Shown piece after piece: positions 37,063 to 46,443 of a stretch of DNA of 64,000 nt. Origin of the DNA: Lepidodermella squamata (taxonomy: Eukaryota > Animalia > Gastrotricha); NCBI GenBank assembly GCA_047495785.1, contig JBLDXI010000054.1, positions 2,480,001 to 2,544,000 on the forward strand, written 5' to 3'. Made by a program: the position numbers and the translations under genes. The notes beneath the pieces were generated by a model that was not told the origin of the DNA, made no database searches, and was given only the letters and a program-made list of their open reading frames with translations. The first letter of the stretch is position 1, and every line of letters starts with the position of its first letter.

Positions 37063-38589
37063 TTATAAAGATTGGATGAGCTCCAACGTAGATGACTTAA
37101 GGCGAGGAGGCGGCATCTGCTTTTTGCGACATAGCTCCATCAGATCTGCATCGAAAACAACATTTATCAGGGTCGATGGGCATAACCCTAACTCCGCAAG
37201 CGAACCGGGCGTATTTTCGCTAAATCGTAATGTACTGCCTTGAGAAGTTCGGCAAGACAAAGTGAATGGAGCCCAATCTGGTTCAACATGTTCCTTCACA
37301 AATTCGAACAAGTTATTCCCTCGTTCCGTGGACCAAAACGTTCCCTAATTTAAAATCCCCAACTCATTTAGAATTAATGATGAAGGGCCTTACTTGAAGA
37401 ATCGTTTGATCTGGAAACCTAAATCTGATCAAAGAAAATCTGTAGCGTCTCAGCTCGCGTTGAGCATCCCTTTCCTTCATGGCCTTGGTTCTTAGCATAA
37501 CTGCAATGAGCAAACAACGGATTAAAAAAACCGGTGCAATAAAAAATTGAGTTTTCAACCTAGTTTTTCAACTTCTTCCACCCGCGCTTGCATTTCCTTG
37601 CGAAGTTCTTCCTTTGAGATCGAGAAAAAGTCGTCAGGCAAATCGCGGAAACGACCTGAATTTGCCGATGGGAAAAAGACTCGAATTCCACGGTCAAGTA
37701 TGGGAACTATTGGTTCGGCCAAAACCAGAATGTCAAGGTTTTCTTTCAAAGCCGTGGTAACGCGACTAGTACGAAGTACTGGAAGTATGAGATAAGGCTC
37801 TGGTCCATTATCGCCGTCAACTTGAATTTGCTAAAGGTGAATAAACGGAGAATAAAAAAAAGCATTTTTCGGGATAAAATATGGACATGCCTTGAATCCG
37901 ATGGCTCGAAGGAATTCACTTCCCCCACTCATCGACATTACTTTCTCCTGAAGAGTTTTGTTTTGCATGCGGATTCGCGAGAACTTCTCCTCGGCTGGGT
38001 TTGAAATGATGTTTTGAACATACTGGGAAAGTATCTCTACACATTTTTGAACCTTCTCCGGGTCTTTGTTAAGCGAATGAATCATCAAAGCAGCAGCCAT
38101 TACTGGTTCTTGGCCGAATAGCTGTTCTTTTAAAAACTTGGCAATTTTATCCTTTATTTCGCTCCACGAAGCGGTTTCGGGTCCAATTAAAGGACAAGTG
38201 AAATATATTCCGGAAACTTCCAACATCCGAGGACCATCTTTTACCACTTCTTTCTGATCATTGTCATGAATAGGCGATGCAGCAGCGGCTGATGCATTTT
38301 CACGCTTCATCTCTGCTTCGATTTGAGATTTGAGGCGCATGTAAGTATTGGAAGCCTCTGGAACACCGGGATTGTTTCTTGAAGCCATGCGTGCGAGGGC
38401 AGCTTCGCCAGCTCGTATAGCGTCATTTGTCTGTTCCATTCTCCCATAGCTGTGAGAAGACTCTTCTGCTCTGCTTGTAGAATTAGTTTTACTGAAAGAC
38501 GCACCAACCGTTAGTTTTGAGCCTTCTTCCGTCATTGCAGACTTGACTTTCGCCTTCTTCTGCTCAAACAAATGTTTGATTTTATCCAT
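37063..38589 (-). CDS. UBXN6: UBX domain-containing protein 6 (UBXD1; PUB + UBX domains, p97/VCP cofactor), multi-exon
   Basis: IYFTCPLIG; PUB domain YVQNIISNPAEEKFSRIRMQNK...FLRAIGF; LPDDFFSISKEE; LRTKAMKERD; UBX domain YRFSLIRFRFPDQTILQG and LAELGLCPS. Confidence 0.92.
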
Positions 38590-39132
38590 GATGACAACAA
38601 TCTAAAGATAATAGTTCATTAATGAGCAGTTATCGATTCACAGACGAGTTTATTCTTCAGCTTGATATTATGTAGCCAAAAATCACGTGAGCTTTGATTG
38701 AAGCCAGAACAAATCCCAGATCCAACCAACTCTTTTCTGAGGAAATTGAGAATTGATGAATCGCCAATTCACCTTTTCACTTAACTGCACCTCGGCTTCG
38801 CCACAGCTTGTTATGTTTTTTAGAGTTATCATATCGAAATAGGCCGCCCCCAGGGAACAGGGAACTATACATGTACATGCTAGGTGAAAATTTTGTCCAG
38901 TCTAAACGACCGAACCAGCTCTATGAACAAAGCAAGAGCCACAAAAATACGTCGGTTAAGACAACTTTTGTTTTGCTTGAAATATCCGTAACACATCAGC
39001 TGAGCAGTGATCCGTAAAGTTGAGCAGTGATAAACAAAGAGCAACTTTAAGCTTTAGGGCGTGATCCCTATCACCTGCTGGCTCTAACCGACTGTTCTCA
39101 GCATGAGATCTGAGGGTAGAGGAGAGATATTA

Positions 39133-39173
39133 TTGGGACTAAGAGTACTACTAATATTTACTCTTAGTCCCAA
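39133..39173. repeat. Perfect 15-bp inverted repeat with 11-nt loop
   Basis: TTGGGACTAAGAGTA (39133-39147) and TACTCTTAGTCCCAA (39159-39173). Confidence 0.85.
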
Positions 39174-40142
39174 GGAGATATAAGTCTGCTACGGTAATAG
39201 TAATACCTACCCAGAGCTCAGACTAGTCTCTAATACTAAGTCTATCCGAGGGGATGAGAATCTCTATAGCTCGGCTCAGAAAAAGAGCTGCGAGGCATCA
39301 TGCATAATTTGAGTCACGGCTGTAGCAAAGATATAGCATTAGGCTATGGTTAGGGTTAGGTTAAAGATCGAGAAAATGCGTTGGGTTCGATCGAATCAGA
39401 ATCGGCGCGAAACTTGACTGTGAATAGTACGGCTGCCCTTTCAAAACAATGGGCTTACAAAAATACCGCATATCTATTTATTCTGCATTCACGATCGTGG
39501 TACAGCATGAGGTCATAAGTGAGGCGAAAGCGCGAGGCGAAGAAAGTTTTAAGGTATTCCGGGATAGCGTGAGTGAATAGTATTCAAGTTGAATAGCGCG
39601 CACTTGAATAAAATTCACGTGAATAGCTTGAACATCGAATACGATTCATGAATTCTATTCATTTTCAATAGGCGATATCGCGGGGTGGGCGACAGAACGA
39701 CTTGACTAAAATAGAAACAGATGGCGCAATGCAGTTGATGCACAGAAAAAAAACTGGCGTTTTAATGATCAGTCACGCAACTGACTTGGCCGAGATGCAA
39801 AAAGTTAGTTTTACGTTTACGCCATTTGTTTCTATTGCTCAATTCCGGACCCCGCTTAGTTCCGTGCAGGTAAAAGTTTAAAAATTCCGTCTTTTCCCTC
39901 ATTTTCTTCACGCAAGTTCAATAATTTTATTAAATTCTCACTAAAAATATTTAATTAAATACAATTTAAAATTATTTAAAATATTTTCCATGGCAACGCA
40001 TTTATGGGGGAAATTATGGAATTATGGAAATTATGGAAAATCACCGGTAGGTTTGCCGATTTGGATGAAGGCTGGATTGTCGAATTGAGCCCGGCGGATT
40101 CAGCTAGAGCCTGGGCATTGATATCATGGAAATGTATAGCAT

Positions 40143-40170
40143 GGGTGTAGAATCTGCAGATTCTACACCC
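40143..40170. repeat. Perfect 28-bp palindrome
   Basis: GGGTGTAGAATCTG|CAGATTCTACACCC, imperfectly extendable on both sides. Confidence 0.9.
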
Positions 40171-40493
40171 GTGCTTTATAGCATTCCTAACCTATCGAAG
40201 TGTCGAGGTTGCCAACAGCAGGCAGCTTCCTGGCTGCAGTCGTCATATTGGCAGAGGCAGCGACAGAGTCGTCCTCTTGCCGAGCCGATCGATTTTCGAT
40301 GAGCAGCGTTGAAAGTTTGAGCGAAATTGTGCCCCAGTTAACGCTTTTTTGTTGTTCAAGTGCCACTTCTTCACCGAATCCGAAGTCGACGTCCTTAGAT
40401 TTTGACACGTGTTTGCGGTATTTGTTAAGAAAAAGGACTTTGCGGCCAGGACTGAGGAAAATAAGTGCCTTGGCGAGAGATCAGCTCAAGGGG

Positions 40494-40522
40494 ATTATTA
40501 TTATTATTATTATTATTATTAT
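40494..40522. repeat. (ATT)n microsatellite
   Basis: About 9 tandem ATT units. Confidence 0.9.
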
Positions 40523-41524
40523 GTTTATTTCGAAAAATATACTTTCGTATAAAAATTTGGTACAAAAAAAAATTCGTGGTTTCAAAAGGGCACGCAGGCC
40601 GCTAACTTTGAACCAATTAGTACATATGTAGTGTAAGTTAATCGAGTTGTGCGACAATAAGTGTATGCAGTTTTACTATTCACAAATCACGATTAGCTGG
40701 TTATTAGATGGAATTCAATTTTGTAAAGATTAATATCATTTGTGATTGCCTGTTTTGAATGACAGAAAATTGTTCTGAAAGATTTTCTGAATAAACTATT
40801 GCGAGTGTAACTTTCATGTGTTGGTTTATTGGTGAATAGCGATGATTCCAGTTATTTTCAGCAGCAAAAAAAATGTTCAATAACTAGCGCGAAAGCAACC
40901 CAGGTCCAGATTAATGCAAAACAGGCACCGCAAAATCCCAAAAATGTGGTTACCACGCTAACTGCAAGCCGCAAGGCAACACTAGTTAGCGAATTTTAAT
41001 TAATATTTATGCTTAGAGGCACTTTCTTATATTATGTGTGGCTGTTTATTTGTTTATGGAAAAGGATTAACGCCTCAGATTATGCCAATTTTTTTCTGTT
41101 ATCTAAGTATCCACTAAAAAAATCTTGTCGGATCTTCATGATTTGTTGGTGATTTCCAGAATGTTCGTCTGCAGTTTATTTGGCAATAATAGTAATGTGC
41201 TCTGATTTACGCGGGAAAAGCACCATGTCCCATGCGCCAGGTGGTAGATCGGAACCTAGGAGGAACCTGGCCCGGGCCCTTATCTCGCTAGCACCCAGAC
41301 CGAGCCGCTAAAAAACATAGGCGGCGCCACTGTTATCGTGATCCCACCCGCCCACTCCTGAGACCAAGTCCCTTTTTGTAAATATTTGCCGTTCACGACA
41401 GCCTTATCTCCCGCCAGAGCCTTCAAAAAATGCACCGACATGGCGGTATCTTTGTGGCTGGATTATTTAATTTGCTGCTCTCAGCTCAATTCCGGACTTC
41501 AATCAAACGAGGCAATTCCGCTGG

Positions 41525-42947
41525 ATGTCGTGTCTCAGAAACAGATCAAAGCCACAAAGTGATTCGTCAAAAGTTGCTCGGGCATCCAATTCCAAGTTTG
41601 ACTTCTCGAAGATTCCCTGTAAGATATGTGGTTCTTCAAGCAGTGGCGTGCATTACGGAGTAATGTCCTGCGAGGGCTGTAAAAGTTTCTACCGGCGCTC
41701 CATGCAAGGCAAGTACCGCATTCAATACAAATGCAAAAGTTCGACGAATCAATGTGCCCAAGAGTCGAATTGCCGCAAGTGTAGACTTGATCGCTGTGAA
41801 AGCGCTGGCATGTCATTCACGGATGTAGCGATGGGCCGTCTTACTGCTGATTCGAGACGAAAATTCGAAAATGTTATACAAGCGATGAAGGCTGATGATT
41901 CCCTGCTGAATGCCCCAGTTCTCAGGCGAAAACGCCCCCTGTCGCTTTACGATAGGAGAGGATCGATAGGTTCATCTGGCTCAGTATGCACCATGATACC
42001 GGACGATACAGTACAGGACTCGAAGCCAATGCTGCCGAATAACGATTTAGCTAATTTATTAGATAGCAAGCTGGACTTTCGAACCGATTCCTTCTCAAAG
42101 CTCAACGATGAGTCCGGGTGCCAGAAAGTGATTAACCAATGTGTTGAAGCAGCTTCAAGATTAGCCCCGATTTCTAATGTGGCTATACTCCTACCTCAGG
42201 AAAAAGGGCCCGACATGCTTGAATATTTAATGTCAGAGCGAAGCAGATCTTTCGAAGTATACATCAAAGCAGTGGCTGAGTTCATCTCTCATCTACCTGG
42301 TTTTAATTCATTCGGCATGAACGATCGAATCCTACTGCTCGTCAATGCATTTTACCCTGTTCTTATCGCCCAGCTTTCTCTTCAATTCGATGCTATGCGG
42401 CAAGTGCCTAATCACATGTCCTTGGACAGAAACGGGACATTTCAGTTTGCCGAGCAACTAGATACGAAGATTGCGGAATTCGATAGCTACCTCTGTGAGG
42501 CTGGTAACAAGTTGGCCACTACTGTCTCGAATCTGCAAGAGTTCTCGCTAATGTGCGCCTTGGTATCAATGAGTCCAAGTAGGTTTTAGTTTCAAATTCG
42601 TACCTAATCTTATTATTCAAACCGTCATAGAATTCGGTATCTTAAACGATACAAATCTGTTGAGGAGTGTTCGGTCCAGATTGCAACAATCTGTCTCCTT
42701 AATTTTAAACGGGAAGTCAGAGTGCGCTGTTACGGCTTTCAATGAGACGACGTCATTTTTCGAAACTGCAACTCAATTTTGTCTTAAGCATGGCTGTGGT
42801 CTTCCGATAACGTACTCTAAGCGGGGTAGTAACTCAAATTTAACCTCACATCTTGTATCGGATTTTTGCGGCCAAATCGAAAAACTGACAAATGGAAATG
42901 ATCTGGTACTATGCGTGCCGGACACCTCGCTTTGCCACGAGTCTTGA
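41525..42947 (+). CDS. Nuclear receptor, paralog of the 34214 gene; intron 42579-42630; true 5' end uncertain
   Basis: DFSKIPCKICGSSSSGVHYGVMSCEGCKSFYRRS..CRKCRLDRCESAGM; LBD FISHLPGFNSFGMNDRILLL; shares LAPIS and F[FY]PVLIAQ motifs with the 34214 gene. Confidence 0.88.
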
Positions 42948-43208
42948 TAAAGCGGGAATAAAAGCAATAAGCGGGAATAAAGCGGGAATGGCTGTTTTTC
43001 ATTTCCGGTTTTAACTCAGTTATCTTTGCGAAAAAATCCTGCAGGGTAAAATTCGTTTTGAAGCGATCGATTTAGATATTGCCAGTGCTGCTCATCCGCA
43101 CTCAGAGATAAGCAGACGCAATTATCGACCAGTAATAAAATGCTCAATTAAACAAAGACAGAAGCACTCGTAATAAATAACACATTTTTATTTCCTATCG
43201 AATTAAAA

Positions 43209-44412
43209 ATGATGAAATATATCGCTTTCGTTTATGACCTACTCTTCGCTGCAGTCGTTCACTGCCAAAGCGGCTCGACTAACTTCAAGTTTGACGCCGA
43301 AGAAATAATGATGGCAAATTGTCACGTCCACCCGCGAGTTACAACACCTCTTGAACTGGAAGGCGGCCCTGTCAACATTTCAATCCTTCTAGAACTCGAC
43401 CGATTTTTCGGCATCGAAGACGTATCAGAAACCATGACCATTCTTGGCGGTGTCCAATCAATCTGGGTCGATGAATGCATCGCAAATTTAGGACAGGACG
43501 TTTACAAATGGCCTCCCGCAATGAGAAAAGTTCATTTGATGTCGCCAAATCTGTGGTATCCCAAAGTGCATTTACGGAACAGTAAAGACAATTTCGCTCT
43601 GACAGACGGATTTTCGAATACGATGCAAATTGAACCGATGACTGGGCTGTTTACCTTCATGCAGGTTGGCCTTTTGGAGGTCTATTGTGATCTGGACCTT
43701 AAAGTCTATCCTTACGATACTCAAACATGCAAAGTAAGTCTCTGATACCCTTGTTAACTAGATATCAACTTGTATTTTTTTCTAAATATAGCTCGTGTTC
43801 ATTTCGATTATAAGTCCGCAGGCTGTTGCGATTAAGAATGCATCATTCGCCTTCGCCGACAATTTCATTGGCGCCAATAGTGTTTGGAAGCTGATCGGCA
43901 ATTCAGTCAAGATTGAGGAGAAAGATTTCATTAATTCTGGAGCTTTCACAGAAGTCGTCTTCAGCTTAACATTCAAGCGCCAGCCTGATTGGGAGATGTT
44001 GAACTTATTAACTCCCAGCTTCATTTTCTGCCTTCTGGAATTAGCCACGTTTTTCATCCCAGCTAAAATGCCTGATAGACCAGCTTTTAGTGTTGCAATT
44101 CTTCTCTCGTTCACTGTTCTGCAGTCTCAGATAATTTCAAGCATGCCCAAAACGCCGAAAATCGTCATAATTCAATACTATGTTCTGTTTGAAATGATTT
44201 TCGCAATGTTCATTGTCCTTTACGCTGCTCTCATGTGTACTTATGTGCGAACTCATCCGGATAAAACTATTGTATTGCCGAGATTTTTCTGTCGCAAGGA
44301 GAAGCCAATATCCGTGTTTCAATTAACGGACATTGTGATGTTTTCCGTTGCCTCTACATTACTATTTCTCCTTAATATCACAACAACGGTTTACATTATG
44401 TTGCACTCCTAA
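43209..44412 (+). CDS. Divergent Cys-loop ligand-gated ion channel subunit (copy 15); intron 43734-43791
   Basis: Cys-loop CDLDLKVYPYDTQTC; PDRPAFSVAILLSFTVLQSQ. Confidence 0.93.
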
Positions 44413-45109
44413 AAGACTCACAATAATTTTGTGAGATGGTAACTTACAGTAATAAAATACAACAACAACTATCATTACAACCTTATACTTGATAAAGGAA
44501 CTTTTTATATTTTTTCGATAGGCATATATTAAAAGCGTTCGTCAAATACTTTCAAGTCTGGATTATCTTGGGAAAGCAAAAAACCGCTTGCGTTCTAGAT
44601 TTTAATAATTCAAAATAAAAATGCGGCTCCTCGCTCCTCTTGCACCAGCAGCTAGGTTGAAGATGAGGTAACTCCGCAGAGTGCAGTGAATACTGCCGTA
44701 GTGAAAGCAAACCCAAACGTACCCTTATGCGGCAAAAAGTGAACAACATCATATTTTATATTGTATCAGTTTATTTACACAGTACCTGTCATCGTCAATA
44801 GCGCTGGTAAAAAGCTGGTGGTATCATCGATTTTTTCCCAGATGCTTCGCTAAAATTAGCACTTTGCTTCACATGGGGCGTTTCGAAATTAATTGCCGAG
44901 TTGTTTCATGCCGACATGATAAACATACCGCGAGTAATTCAAAATCCACTCAAACCGCTCTGGCATGAACTTTTATACTATGTTGCTTCGTTATTATTTT
45001 GGCCGTATTATATTTGAGTGAGCTTCACCGTTTCTATTCCTCTGAGGTCTGAATACCAATCGACTCAGCCTGGAAAGCGTCAAATCTACACATTTAGTCG
45101 TGATCTATC

Positions 45110-46311
45110 ATGATTTATCTCGCTATGGTAGTTGTCACGGCCGCCATGGCTCGATGCGATACCGACCCGAATTCACCGAAATTTGACGTGGAAGAAGCGA
45201 TAATGGAAAATTGCAGAACAGGCCTCAAAGTTACCTCCCCCTTCGAGAAAGAAGGCTTAGTAGCCAATATTTCAATCACTTTCGAACTCGACCGCTTCTT
45301 TGACATTGACAACGTCGACGAGAAAATGGTGATGATGGGCGCCTTGCAAACAGCTTGGTTCAGCGATTGCGTGGCTCAATTAGCTCGGAATCCTGAGAAG
45401 TGGCCCCAGTACCTTCAGTCAGTTCAAATCCATGATCCAATAAACTTGTGGTATCCACGGTTAAAAATGCGAAATGCCGTATCGAACTACGGCTTGACAG
45501 ATAAAATGGATGGAGTGATGATAATTTATCCAGCAGCTGGATTTTTCGCCCATGCTAAAGTTGGCGTATTCGAAGTTTATTGCGATCTAGACCTGGAGCT
45601 ATATCCTTTCGACTACCAAACTTGCGAGGTATGTAATCTTCAACTACTGCTCATTCAGATTTTCCTGAGATTTTCCTTTAGATTCAGTTTATCTCTACTG
45701 CGAATTCTAATGTCATCCAAATTACAAGCGCTGTTTTCGCTAAGATTCAATCATATCTAGGGGCGAATAGCGTGTGGATAGCCGTTCGAAATTCAACAAT
45801 CATCTCTGTTGGCTATTTCCCAAATGCAGGGGACTTCTACCAAGCAACGTTTTCACTCACTTTCAGGCGGAAACCAGACTGGGAGCTGCTAAATCTATTC
45901 GCCCCTAGCTTCATTTTTTGCGTCCTCGAACTTGCTACATTTTGCATCCCAGCAAAAATGCCAGACAGACCAGCGTTCAGTGTTGCAATTCTGATGTCTT
46001 TTACCGTTCTTCAATCTCAACTGGTAGCCAGTATGCCTCGAACCCCAAAGGTTGTAATACTTCAGTACTACGTGCAAGGCGAGATGATTTACTCAATGAT
46101 CATTGTTTTATACGCCGCGATCATGTTGGCGTACGTGAGATTCTACCCTGAGAGGGCTGCAATGCCTGTGGAAATGCCGAGATGTTTTCGTTGCAAGGAG
46201 GCTGTCCCTTACTTTCATGTGTTCGATGTCTTCGGTTTTATTGCAGCTCTATTACTTCTTATCACTCTTAACTTGATCACAATGGTCTACATTTTCACTC
46301 ATCTGCCTTAA
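45110..46311 (+). CDS. Divergent Cys-loop ligand-gated ion channel subunit (copy 16); intron 45629-45681
   Basis: Cys-loop CDLDLELYPFDYQTC; PDRPAFSVAILMSFTVLQSQ. Confidence 0.93.
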
Positions 46312-46443
46312 AAAAACGTCATCGATCTCAGTAAATTCCGGTAAATTTAATCCTCTTGTTTTATTTCAAGCGAGCGAATGGGCATATGTATAAACAAAGC
46401 ATAGTATGAGGAAAGTTGTAAGAGGGATACTTAGCATTTGACT

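Noticed and set aside
40187-40631. Overlapping ORFs including a poly-Ile run
   Set aside because: The poly-Ile comes from an (ATT)n microsatellite; non-ATG starts and no domain evidence.
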